Virus record (IMG/VR): IMGVR_UViG_2537562020_000011
Span: 1 to 23,053 of that record
Source: a virus
Taxonomy: Duplodnaviria > Heunggongvirae > Uroviricota > Caudoviricetes
DNA: 23,053 bases
Reading direction: 5' to 3' (one strand)
A program made the translations under genes and the position numbers. Positions 7,446 through 15,595 of the stretch are shown here, in pieces (the first letter of the stretch is position 1; every line of letters starts with the position of its first letter). The notes beneath the pieces are model-generated. The model was not told the DNA's origin and ran no database searches. It saw only the letters and a program-made list of their open reading frames with translations.

Positions 7446-8393
7446 ATGAGCAGCAAGCTTCATGGTCTTGTCTGGGAAGGGTGTGCCTTCACCGGCATGA
7501 TCTTATCCAGGGTGGCAGTTATGGCTCGCCTTGCAGATTACAGCAATGACGAAGGTGTGTCATGGCCTGCAGTGGAGACCATTCGTCGTCAGATTGGGGC
7601 AAAGAGTGAATCAACGGTTAAAGCTGCGATAGCAGAACTGGAAAAGAACGGCTGGCTGACGAAGGAGGAACGTAAGGTCGGTGGGCGTAATGAAAGCAAT
7701 ATCTACCGTCTTAATGTGGAAAAACTCGAAGCAGCAGCAGCGGCGGCGCGTGAGGCATATAAACCGAAAAGAAAAATTAGCCAGGCAAAAAATGACCCGT
7801 CAAATATTGCCCCCTCAACGGTTAACCCATCAAATTTTGATGGATCAACCGTTGATAAAAAACAGTCGGATAGGGGGGCGATGGTTGGCCCCGATCCGTC
7901 AGTATTAAAACCTGATCCGTCAGATAAAAGATCTTTTCGTCCGGAAGCTTCGCAACCGGACATGCAGACGGCTGAACAGGATTTTTTAACCCGACACCCT
8001 GACGCGGTTGTGTTCAGTGCGAAAAAACGCCAGTGGGGTAGCCAGGAAGATTTAGCGTGTGCGCAGTGGATCTGGGGGCGAATCGTGAGTCTTTACGAGC
8101 AGGCCGCCAGCGATGATGGCGAGATTTCGCGACCGAAAGAACCCAACTGGACCGCATGGGCCAACGACGTGCGCACAATGCGGATGCTGGATGGCAGAAC
8201 TCACAGACAAATTTGTGAAATGTTTGGTCGGGTGCAGCGGGATCCATTTTGGGTAAAAAATATCATGAGTCCGTCAAAGCTTCGCGAAAAATGGGATGAA
8301 CTGGTTATCCGCCTGGGGCGTTCGTCTGTACAGCGTTGTGTGAATCATATTTCTGAGCCGGATACCGAAATTCCGCCGGGATTCAGGGGGTGA
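7446..8393 (+). CDS. Replication initiation protein (O-like, N-terminal winged-helix)
   Basis: 315-aa ORF with GGAG RBS, directly upstream of and almost abutting the DnaC-like loader. Contains internal repeat-rich DNA typical of an origin embedded in the initiator gene. Confidence 0.6.
   Translation: MSSKLHGLVWEGCAFTGMILSRVAVMARLADYSNDEGVSWPAVETIRRQIGAKSESTVKAAIAELEKNGWLTKEERKVGGRNESNIYRLNVEKLEAAAAAAREAYKPKRKISQAKNDPSNIAPSTVNPSNFDGSTVDKKQSDRGAMVGPDPSVLKPDPSDKRSFRPEASQPDMQTAEQDFLTRHPDAVVFSAKKRQWGSQEDLACAQWIWGRIVSLYEQAASDDGEISRPKEPNWTAWANDVRTMRMLDGRTHRQICEMFGRVQRDPFWVKNIMSPSKLREKWDELVIRLGRSSVQRCVNHISEPDTEIPPGFRG
7815..7923. repeat. Origin-like repeat cluster inside the O-like gene
   Basis: Inverted repeats TCAACGGTT (7815-7823) and AACCGTTGA (7848-7856) flank the near-palindrome CCATCAAATTTTGATGG (7827-7843). 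Direct repeats GATCCGTCAG occur at 7893-7902 and 7914-7923, with A/T-rich stretches between them. Confidence 0.4.
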
Positions 8394-8399
8394 CGTGTC

Positions 8400-9146
8400 A
8401 TGAAAAACATTGCGGCAGGTGGTGTTCTTGAGCGTATCCGTAAGCTGGCCCCACAGCATGTAATCGCGCCGTACCGGACAGTGGACGAGTGGCGCGAGTG
8501 GCAACTAGCAGAAGGGCGAAAACGTAGCGAGGAAATCAACCGCCAGAATCGCCAGTTGCGGGTGGAAAAAATCCTGAATCGTTCGGGCATCCAGCCTCTG
8601 CACAGCAAATGCTCGTTTGCGAATTATCAGGTGCAGAATGACGGGCAAAAACACGCGCTGAGCCAGGCAAAATCCATCGCTGACGAACTGATGACCGGGT
8701 GCACGAATTTTGTGTTCAGCGGTAAGCCGGGTACCGGAAAGAACCACCTTGCAGCCGCCATTGGTAATCATCTTCTGGCGAAAGGTCGCAGCGTGATTGT
8801 GATAACGGTGGCTGATGTGATGCTGGCGTTACACAACAGCTACGACAACAAAAACTCAGGCGAAAAATTTTTACAGGGGTTGTGTGATGTTGACCTGCTT
8901 GTCCTGGATGAAATCGGAATGCAGCGGGATACGCGCAACGAGCAGGTCACGCTGAACCAGATAGTCGACCGCAGAACGGCTTCGATGCGCAGTGTCGGAA
9001 TGCTGACAAACCTGAACCACGTAGCGATGAGTACGCTTCTTGGTGAGCGTGTAATGGACCGCATGGTCATGAACGGTGGTCGCTGGGTGAATTTTAACTG
9101 GGAGAGCTGGCGTTCGAATGTCAGGCACCTGAGGGTTGTGAAGTAA
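8400..9146 (+). CDS. DnaC-like replicative helicase loader (IstB-like AAA+ ATPase)
   Basis: Walker A FSGKPGTGKNHLAAAIG and Walker B LLVLDEIG, closely resembling E. coli DnaC. Start is 7 nt after the O-like stop with an AGGGGG RBS. Confidence 0.85.
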   Translation: MKNIAAGGVLERIRKLAPQHVIAPYRTVDEWREWQLAEGRKRSEEINRQNRQLRVEKILNRSGIQPLHSKCSFANYQVQNDGQKHALSQAKSIADELMTGCTNFVFSGKPGTGKNHLAAAIGNHLLAKGRSVIVITVADVMLALHNSYDNKNSGEKFLQGLCDVDLLVLDEIGMQRDTRNEQVTLNQIVDRRTASMRSVGMLTNLNHVAMSTLLGERVMDRMVMNGGRWVNFNWESWRSNVRHLRVVK

Positions 9147-9167
9147 TTTTGTCCGGAGGAAATTTTA

Positions 9168-9929
9168 ATGGAAACCGTTTTTGACGCACTGAAAGCAATG
9201 GGAAAAGCCACATCCATAGAACTTGCTGCGCGACTTGATATCAGTCGTGAAGAAGTGCTGAACGAACTATGGGAACTGAAAAAGGCTGGTTTCGTTGATA
9301 AAAGCGCGTACACCTGGCGTGTGGCTGATAACAACGTTCAGCAGGAACAGCCAGCGCAGGCAGAACTGCCGGAAGAAACCTCCACGGCGACAGTAGCGAA
9401 AATCTCAGAGTGCGATTTAACCGCGACGATTGAACAACACGGACCACAAACGGCTGATGAGCTGGCTACATTGTTTGGTACCACATCACGCAAAGTGGCT
9501 TCAACGCTGGCAATGGCAATCAGCAAAGGACGCCTGATTCGTGCAAATCAGGACGGTAAATTTCGTTACTGCATGCCGGGCGATAATTTACCAGCAGAGC
9601 CGAAAGCAGCATCGGTAGCGGAAACTGATGGTAAAGCCTTTCCTCAGCCTGCATGTGTTGCGTTACCAGTACAGGAGGCTGCAACACAGGAAGATATTAA
9701 AACAGAAACTGTGGCGGACATTGTGCAGTCGCTGCCATCGTTTACTGAAACGCGAGCGGATGACCTGGTTTTACCATCGCTGCATATGGCAAACCGCGAA
9801 CTGCGTCGGGCGAAAAGTCATGCCCAGAAGTGGGAACGAGTCTGCGCCGCGCTGCGGGAGCTGAACAAGCACCGGGATATTGTTCGACATATTTTCGATT
9901 CCTCCAGTCATATTGTGTCGGAAAAGTGA
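9168..9929 (+). CDS. Hypothetical protein with two predicted winged-helix-like segments and a C-terminal charged helix
   Basis: 253-aa ORF with GGAGG RBS. Assignment is by ORF quality only; family not recognised. Confidence 0.5.
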   Translation: METVFDALKAMGKATSIELAARLDISREEVLNELWELKKAGFVDKSAYTWRVADNNVQQEQPAQAELPEETSTATVAKISECDLTATIEQHGPQTADELATLFGTTSRKVASTLAMAISKGRLIRANQDGKFRYCMPGDNLPAEPKAASVAETDGKAFPQPACVALPVQEAATQEDIKTETVADIVQSLPSFTETRADDLVLPSLHMANRELRRAKSHAQKWERVCAALRELNKHRDIVRHIFDSSSHIVSEK

Positions 9930-9945
9930 TTCCTGGGGAGGGCTT

Positions 9946-10368
9946 ATGGCAAAAGTTTTTACACAAGAAGAGCGAGAAAAAATTAAAGGGCAGGTTGTTG
10001 AACTCGTACGCCAGAGTGGGCGTGAGACGTTACGGCAACTGGAAGTCAAGACAGGTGCGACAAGATATCTGATGAGCGTTCTCGCAAGAGAGCTGGTTGC
10101 CAGCGGCGATGTATACAACTCTGGTTACGGGTTATTCCCGTCTGAACAGGCGCGTAAGGACTGGCAAAATGCCCGTAAAAAACTATCAAGGGCAAAGGTG
10201 AAGAAACCGGTTGTGGTTGATCCTGACCTTATCTGGTCATTACCCGACGGAGAAATACGTCGTTACGACAGGCGTCTGAACATAATCTGTCGCGAGTGCC
10301 GGAAGAGTGAGGTTATGCAGCGAGTGCTGGCGTTTTATCAGGGTAATTTTCAGGAGGTGATGGCGTGA
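9946..10368 (+). CDS. Hypothetical protein (140 aa)
   Basis: ATG at 9946 preceded by GGGGAGGG. The track ORF start at 9880 lacks an RBS. Stop overlaps the next gene's GTG start. Confidence 0.45.
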   Translation: MAKVFTQEEREKIKGQVVELVRQSGRETLRQLEVKTGATRYLMSVLARELVASGDVYNSGYGLFPSEQARKDWQNARKKLSRAKVKKPVVVDPDLIWSLPDGEIRRYDRRLNIICRECRKSEVMQRVLAFYQGNFQEVMA

Positions 10369-10778
10369 GGGTGAGGGTTTATATCGCTGGTCCGATGACC
10401 GGGTATAAAAATTTCAACCGTGAGGCGTTCCACAAGGCGGAAGAGGAACTGAAACGGGAAGGGCATACAGTCTTGAACCCGGCAGTACTTCCGGACGGGC
10501 TGACACAGCCACACTACATGGATATCTGCATGGCGATGATTCGTTGCGTGGATGCGATTTACATGCTGCAAGGCTGGCAGCGGTCAGCAGGCGCTAAAGC
10601 GGAACTGGCTCTGGCGGAGAAGCTAGGGCATGTGGTTGTTTTTCAGAGGGGGCGATATGCCGATTCTCTGGTTTCAGGAGGTGTGGGAAAAAGAAATGTG
10701 GGAAGGTCTTGTGATTGTGGCCGAAACAGTTCTTTTATTATGGTCTGTGATTGCGTGTATTTTTATGATTTATTGTGA
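10365..10778 (+). CDS. DUF4406 / nucleoside 2-deoxyribosyltransferase-like protein
   Basis: N-terminal motif VYIAGPMTG is characteristic of that fold. GTG start overlaps the upstream stop. The C-terminal ~40 aa are Cys/Gly-rich and may be read-through rather than native sequence. Confidence 0.5.
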   Translation: MRVRVYIAGPMTGYKNFNREAFHKAEEELKREGHTVLNPAVLPDGLTQPHYMDICMAMIRCVDAIYMLQGWQRSAGAKAELALAEKLGHVVVFQRGRYADSLVSGGVGKRNVGRSCDCGRNSSFIMVCDCVYFYDLL

Positions 10779-10809
10779 ATGATGTGAATCTCGCGGTGGC
10801 CACTGAATT

Positions 10810-10852
10810 GCAACCATTACCCCCTGTGATGTAATTGTGGGGTAATGGTTGC
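10810..10852. repeat. Perfect 14-bp inverted repeat (GCAACCATTACCCC / GGGGTAATGGTTGC) with a 15-nt spacer
   Basis: Directly visible in the sequence. Lies between the DUF4406-like gene and the next ORF. No T-run follows, so it is not a classic terminator. Confidence 0.6.
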
Positions 10853-10885
10853 GCAGGCATAGCGACAGGACTGGATGAGAAAAAT

Positions 10886-11308
10886 ATGACGAAATTTACC
10901 AGAGAGCAATTGATTGCTCATGCTAATGAAAGTGTGAAATCCATGAAATTTGCTGCGCGACAGACCGTGTTTAAGACTTCAAGAGTTGCCATTGAAATGG
11001 ATCTTGCGCTTGCCCGTATTGCGCTTGCCTCACTTGAAGCAATGCCAGTTGCATGGTCCTGTGCTCACAATATGGTTTTGTTCAATGCTGAATCTGTTGC
11101 GGCATACGCAAAACACTCAGCCATTGCGCCAAAACCCCTGTACGCTGCGCAACCGGCATCACTTTCACATGAGGAAGAGTTGACAATGCTGGTTAAACAA
11201 TTGGTAAGTCAGTTGAAAAAAGCGAAACCAGATTGCAAATTACCGGATATGGCGATGGGGTATCTGGAGCGGAATGGGCTGATAAGCGCGGAGGATGTTT
11301 TACGATGA
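10886..11308 (+). CDS. Hypothetical protein (140 aa)
   Basis: ORF from the ATG at 10886 (MTKFTREQLIAH...). The track start at 10835 lies inside the inverted-repeat loop. Family not recognised. Confidence 0.4.
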   Translation: MTKFTREQLIAHANESVKSMKFAARQTVFKTSRVAIEMDLALARIALASLEAMPVAWSCAHNMVLFNAESVAAYAKHSAIAPKPLYAAQPASLSHEEELTMLVKQLVSQLKKAKPDCKLPDMAMGYLERNGLISAEDVLR

Positions 11309-11599
11309 CCTGGCCGGAGGCATTCACAACGACAGGAATTGCAATGGCGGCAGCACTTGTTGTGTATTCGATTTGCCGCTGGGGATAAAAACGGTTTGCA
11401 GTGAAAGGGGAGTTAAGTAGAATTGCTGCGGGTGCTTGAGGCTATCTGCCTCAGGCATGAACACCAAAAGGCAGATAGAGAAAAGCCCCAGTTAACATTA
11501 CGCGTCCTGCAAGACGCTTAACATTAATCTGAGGCTCAATCTATGTCTCACAAATGTAGGTTAGCCTCTTACGTGCCGAAAGGCAAGGAGAAGCAGGCT

Positions 11600-11755
11600 A
11601 TGAAGCAGCAAAAGGCGATGTTAATCGCCCTTATCGTCATCTGTTTAACCGTCATAGTGACGGCACTGGTAACGAGGAAAGACCTCTGCGAGGTACGAAT
11701 CCGAACCGGCCAGACGGAGGTCGCTGTCTTCACAGCTTACGAACCTGAGGAGTAA
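11600..11755 (+). CDS. hok: Hok/Gef-family type I membrane toxin
   Basis: 51-aa product MKQQKAMLIALIVICLTVIVTALVTRKDLCEVRIRTGQTEVAVFTAYEPEE, essentially the Hok/Gef/RelF family sequence. AAGGAG RBS upstream. An in-frame leader extension begins at 11543 (mok-like). Confidence 0.85.
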   Translation: MKQQKAMLIALIVICLTVIVTALVTRKDLCEVRIRTGQTEVAVFTAYEPEE

Positions 11756-11822
11756 GAGACCAGGCGAGGGAGAAATCCCTCGCCACCTCTGATGTGTCAG
11801 GCATCCTCAACGCACCCGCACT

Positions 11823-11845
11823 TAACCCGCTTCGGCGGGTTTTTC
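11823..11845 (+). terminator. Rho-independent terminator (end of the hok unit)
   Basis: AACCCGC-ttcg-GCGGGTT followed by TTTTT. Confidence 0.7.
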
Positions 11846-11970
11846 GTCGCATAATGAGGTTGTAATTTTAGCTACCATTAGACTATCCTAAGGATCTCAA
11901 ACAGATCTATTTTGCATCAAATTTGGTGCATGGCTTTGCCAATAATCGGAAAACAAAAGGACTCATTAGT

Positions 11971-12150
11971 ATGAGCTGCCCACTCAAAAAACACACGCGG
12001 TTGAGTATTCCGCCTCGCGATAAAAGCGTTGTGGCAGTCCCTCGCCCAGCGATTGATGAAAACTGCGCACATCGTGAACAAGTGAAAAATGCTTTTGATT
12101 TCGGTTTTTCTCGTTATGAGAAAGCCATGGAAGAACTTTCAAAAGTGTAA
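11971..12150 (+). CDS. Small ORF upstream of the Doc-family toxin (candidate antitoxin, unverified)
   Basis: 59-aa ORF from the ATG at 11971 with an AAGGA RBS, ending 18 nt before the toxin start. No resemblance to Phd/YefM recognised; called by position only. Confidence 0.35.
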   Translation: MSCPLKKHTRLSIPPRDKSVVAVPRPAIDENCAHREQVKNAFDFGFSRYEKAMEELSKV

Positions 12151-12168
12151 TGATGGGTATTGTGCTCT

Positions 12169-12654
12169 ATGGCTGAGATTGTTGAAGGAGTGCATTACCT
12201 TACGGTTGATGATCTTGTTGAAATCAATCGTTCCCTAATTGAATTACAGACGCCAGATGAGCCCGTTGGTGTTCTGAGTCCAGATAACTTAAGTTCTTCT
12301 CAGGCCCGTCCCAGCATGGTTCGATGGTATGAACAGACTAATGACATGTTTGTACTGGCATCGGTATTGATTGAAAGTCTGATTCAGAATCATCCGTTTG
12401 CTAATGCGAACAAACGAACAGCTATGATGGCTGGTTACGTCTTCTTGTTGTTGAATGGCTATGAGTTAACAGCACCAGGCGATGAAATCGTGGAAATGGC
12501 AGAGGGACTGGCCTGCAAAACCTATACTCGAGAAGATCTCGAGAACTGGTTGTGTTATTGGTCTCGCGCGTATGACAGCCGGGAATTATGTAAAACAGGC
12601 GCAACTATTGTTTTGTATGAAACTATCAAGCTTAAAATAGAACAGCAAAACTAA
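12169..12654 (+). CDS. doc: Doc-family (Fic-fold) toxin
   Basis: Contains the Doc-type active-site motif HPFANANKR (consensus HxFx[D/N][A/G]NKR). About 160 aa. ATG at 12169; the track start at 12160 is TTG. Confidence 0.75.
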   Translation: MAEIVEGVHYLTVDDLVEINRSLIELQTPDEPVGVLSPDNLSSSQARPSMVRWYEQTNDMFVLASVLIESLIQNHPFANANKRTAMMAGYVFLLLNGYELTAPGDEIVEMAEGLACKTYTREDLENWLCYWSRAYDSRELCKTGATIVLYETIKLKIEQQN

Positions 12655-12668
12655 AGGTGCTTCCAATG

Positions 12669-12697
12669 AAAACCCGCTTCGGCGGGTTTTGTTTTTT
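12669..12697 (+). terminator. Rho-independent terminator (end of the Doc cassette)
   Basis: AAAACCCGC-ttcg-GCGGGTTTTGTTTTTT. The core is identical to the terminator at 11823-11845. Confidence 0.7.
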
Positions 12698-12769
12698 CCT
12701 GGCATTCTGGTTTACAATTCGCACGCCAGCCTGAACAACTGGCACCTGCTGCGCCAGCAGAGACAACCG

Positions 12770-13042
12770 ATGGCGCACAAAAACAAATTTCACAATTCTG
12801 ATACCGACCTTGCCATCCGGCACGGGCGGCGTTCACACGCATTTAAAACCGACTGGTACCAACACCCACCATGTACTGAAGAACAGGCCGAATGGCTAAT
12901 TCATAACTACCGCAGGCGCGGATACGAGGTTAAGAAAGCCCTCAGCCTCGATTATCGTCACTGGATAATCTATGTCAGGCTCCCTTATTCCGAACGCCCA
13001 CCGCGTCCGTCCCGCACATTCCAGCAACGCATCTGGAGGTAA
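12770..13042 (+). CDS. Hypothetical protein (about 90 aa)
   Basis: ORF from the ATG at 12770. Its stop lies 2 nt before the GTG start of the next gene and carries that gene's RBS. Low confidence in start and function. Confidence 0.3.
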   Translation: MAHKNKFHNSDTDLAIRHGRRSHAFKTDWYQHPPCTEEQAEWLIHNYRRRGYEVKKALSLDYRHWIIYVRLPYSERPPRPSRTFQQRIWR

Positions 13043-13043
13043 C

Positions 13044-14099
13044 GTGCGGGTATTACTTCGACCTGTTCCGGTACCGGAACTTGGGCTGGTGGTGCTAAAA
13101 CCGGGCCGTGAATCCATGCAGGTATTTCATAACCCTCGAGTTCTGGTGGAGCCGGAACCGAAAAGCATGCATGGTCTGCCGTCCGGAGTCGTTCCTGCTG
13201 TTCGCCAGCCGCTGGCGGAGGATAAATCATTACTGCCATTTTTCAGCGATGAGCGGGTGATTCGTGCTGCTGGTGGTGCTGGTGCATTGTCTGACTGGCT
13301 GTTACGCCACGTTAAATCCTGCCAGTGGCCTCATGGTGACTACCATCACAGTGAAACCGTCATACATCGTTACGGTACCGGCGCGATGGTGTTGTGCTGG
13401 CACTGCGACAACCAGCTGCGTAACCAGACTTCCGAATCACTCGGGCAGCTTGCTCACCAAAACCTGTCAGCATGGATGATTGATGTCATCCGCCACGCAA
13501 TGAATGGCACGCAGGAGCGGGAATTATCGCTGGCTGAATTATCCTGGTGGGCAACCATAAATAACGTAGCGGACGCACTACCGGAGACGGTGTTACGTCG
13601 TTCACTGGGATTACGCGCGGAAAAAATTCGCTCAGTATACCGCGAGAGCGACATCGTGCCGGGAGAGCAGACCGCCACCAGCATGCTGAAGCAGCGCACA
13701 AAAAATATTGCGCTACTGCCTCACGCCCACCAGCAAACCCCGCCACAGGAAAAGACGGTGGTAAGCATTGCCGTTGATCCGGAGTCACCGGCTCAGTATC
13801 TCCAGCGCCAGAAACCACGACGGGAAGAGATGCCTGTATACACGCGTTGGGTAAAAACGCAGAAATGCATGACGTGTGGTAATCAGGCAGATGATCCGCA
13901 TCACATCATTGGTCATGGACTGGGAGGGATGGGAACAAAGGCTGATGATTTGTTTGTTATTCCGCTGTGCCGTAAATGCCATAGCGAACTACACGCCGGG
14001 GTAAAAGATTTTGAAGAAAAACACGGCAGCCAGCTGTTGTTGCTGATTCGTTTTTTAATGCACGCGAGAAATTCGGGTGTCCTGAAGTGGAAAGCATGA
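13044..14099 (+). CDS. DUF968-like nin-region protein with C-terminal HNH-like Cys/His motif
   Basis: GTG start at 13044 with GGAGG 4-5 nt upstream. C-terminus HHIIGHGLGG...CRKCHSELH. Position immediately upstream of rusA matches lambdoid nin regions. Confidence 0.55.
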   Translation: MRVLLRPVPVPELGLVVLKPGRESMQVFHNPRVLVEPEPKSMHGLPSGVVPAVRQPLAEDKSLLPFFSDERVIRAAGGAGALSDWLLRHVKSCQWPHGDYHHSETVIHRYGTGAMVLCWHCDNQLRNQTSESLGQLAHQNLSAWMIDVIRHAMNGTQERELSLAELSWWATINNVADALPETVLRRSLGLRAEKIRSVYRESDIVPGEQTATSMLKQRTKNIALLPHAHQQTPPQEKTVVSIAVDPESPAQYLQRQKPRREEMPVYTRWVKTQKCMTCGNQADDPHHIIGHGLGGMGTKADDLFVIPLCRKCHSELHAGVKDFEEKHGSQLLLLIRFLMHARNSGVLKWKA

Positions 14100-14465
14100 A
14101 TGACTGAACGCATAGAATTTGTTTTGCCTTACCCGCCAACGGTGAACACTTACTGGCGACGTCGTGGCAGCACATATTTTGTATCAAAAGCCGGTGAGCG
14201 TTATCGCCGTGATGTGGCGCTTATTGTTCGCCAGCAGCGGCTGAAATTAAACCTGTCCGGAAGGCTGGCGATAAAGATTATTGCAGAGCCACCGGATAAA
14301 CGTCGTCGTGACCTGGACAATATCCTGAAAGCACCACTGGATGCGCTGACGCATGCCGGACTTCTCATAGACGACGAGCAGTTTGATGAAATCAATATTG
14401 TGCGCGGTCAGCGCGTTCCTGGGGGGCGGCTGGGCGTGAAGATTTACAAAATTGAGAGTGAGTGA
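14100..14465 (+). CDS. rusA: RusA-family Holliday junction resolvase
   Basis: 121-aa ORF with clear similarity to E. coli RusA (RRRDLDN...DAL...LIDD motif region). ATGA overlap with the upstream stop. Confidence 0.85.
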   Translation: MTERIEFVLPYPPTVNTYWRRRGSTYFVSKAGERYRRDVALIVRQQRLKLNLSGRLAIKIIAEPPDKRRRDLDNILKAPLDALTHAGLLIDDEQFDEINIVRGQRVPGGRLGVKIYKIESE

Positions 14466-15016
14466 TCGTAAATATGATATACCCGGAAATTACAGGCAAA
14501 AGCGGCGAGCATTTACGTCTAAAAACGCTGGAAGCCGTCTGGATCCAGGGGAAATTACGGATGTGGGGGCGTTGGTCGTATATAGGTGGTGGCAAACCAG
14601 GAAATATGTTCAATCAGTTGCTGGCATCCAAAAAACTGACAAAAACCGCAATCAATGAAGCCCTGCGTAGAATCAGGGAGTCAGGGATTGATAAACCAGA
14701 GCTGGAAGCATTCTTGCGAGAGATGATCGCTGGCAGACAGAAGAGCTGGTTGTCTCACTGTACTGATGCAGAGGCGTTACGCATTGATGGGGTGATAAGT
14801 AAAGCGCTTGCACGTTATCCTGGATTGATTGATATCCTGCGGCAAAGGTACGAAGGGCGGGGGATGAGTAAACGCAAAATGGCTGAATTGTTGAATGAGG
14901 TGCACCCGGAATGGTGTTTTAGTACATGCGAAAAGCGAATTGCTAATTGGTTAGCTGTTGCTGAATATGCGCTATACATCCCTATGCGAGAATCGTTTGC
15001 TCAAAAAATGTCTTGA
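14462..15016 (+). CDS. Late-gene antiterminator, Q-like
   Basis: 184-aa ORF directly after rusA (GTG start overlapping the rusA stop), followed by a promoter-like element and a strong terminator as at lambda PR'/tR'. Call rests mainly on position and size. Confidence 0.55.
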   Translation: MIVNMIYPEITGKSGEHLRLKTLEAVWIQGKLRMWGRWSYIGGGKPGNMFNQLLASKKLTKTAINEALRRIRESGIDKPELEAFLREMIAGRQKSWLSHCTDAEALRIDGVISKALARYPGLIDILRQRYEGRGMSKRKMAELLNEVHPEWCFSTCEKRIANWLAVAEYALYIPMRESFAQKMS

Positions 15017-15124
15017 TTTTTTACGCATAAACTGTTTCAATCCAGCTACGCTTCGCAAAGCTATACCGCGAGGCGAATAGCAGACATGGACACCTGAAAG
15101 AACCCGCTTTATGCGGGTTTTTTT
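15013..15124 (+). promoter_or_regulatory. PR'-like late promoter with qut-like region and tR'-like terminator
   Basis: TTGATT (15013-15018), 17-bp spacer, TTCAAT (15036-15041), then terminator ACCCGC-tttat-GCGGGT plus a T7 run at 15101-15124. Predicts a short terminated transcript as in lambda 6S RNA. Confidence 0.45.
15101..15124 (+). terminator. Rho-independent terminator (tR'-like)
   Basis: Stem ACCCGC/GCGGGT with a 5-nt loop, followed by TTTTTTT. Confidence 0.7.
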
Positions 15125-15247
15125 GTGCCCGAAAAGCGGTACAGGACGTTAAATGCGCTGGTGGTTGCGAATGCCGGTCTTTCAGCTTGCTGGCTTTTTC
15201 GACAAGAGGTATTGGTATGTCACGTTAACCGGGAAAGGGAAAAAGGC

Positions 15248-15445
15248 ATGCTAAAACAGCAGGATATGACCGAAACCGCCAGAGTGGTGTTTAATGAATT
15301 AAGCATCACCGAACCGGCGACCGTCGGGGAAATTGCGCAGAATACTTACCTTTCACGCGAACGCTGCCAGTTAATACTGACTCAGCTTGTTATGGCGGGT
15401 CTGGCAGATTATCAGTTCGGTTGTTACAGACGCCTTCCGCAGTGA
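15248..15445 (+). CDS. Small winged-helix-like DNA-binding protein (hypothetical)
   Basis: 65-aa ORF from the ATG at 15248 with an upstream purine-rich RBS, just upstream of the methyltransferase gene. Confidence 0.4.
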   Translation: MLKQQDMTETARVVFNELSITEPATVGEIAQNTYLSRERCQLILTQLVMAGLADYQFGCYRRLPQ

Positions 15446-15595
15446 AGGCTTTTTAATTTGTGGTAATGGGCGGCTGGGGGGTGTTAGCGGCACCTGCCAG
15501 CCATCTGCTCATGCGTTGGGGTCACAAGCAAACCTCAGGCCCATCTGCTTTGCGCAAAAGCGGTATGAGCCTATCAGAGAAGTGCTTATTGATCT

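Larger units (their letters stand above)
11425..11845 (+). other. hok-type mRNA unit with 5' and 3' complementary fold-back elements (tac/fbi-like)
   Basis: The 5' segment GCTGCGGGTGCTTGAGG (11425-11441) is nearly perfectly complementary to the 3' segment CCTCAACGCACCCGCA (11805-11820) just before the terminator. This gives a unit of about 420 nt, matching the architecture of hok/sok mRNAs. Confidence 0.6.

Noticed and set aside
10835-11600. relB/relE antitoxin-toxin genes upstream of the hok-family gene
   Set aside because: The upstream ORFs do not resemble RelB or RelE. The hok unit has its own fold-back mRNA architecture, so it is treated as a stand-alone type I locus.
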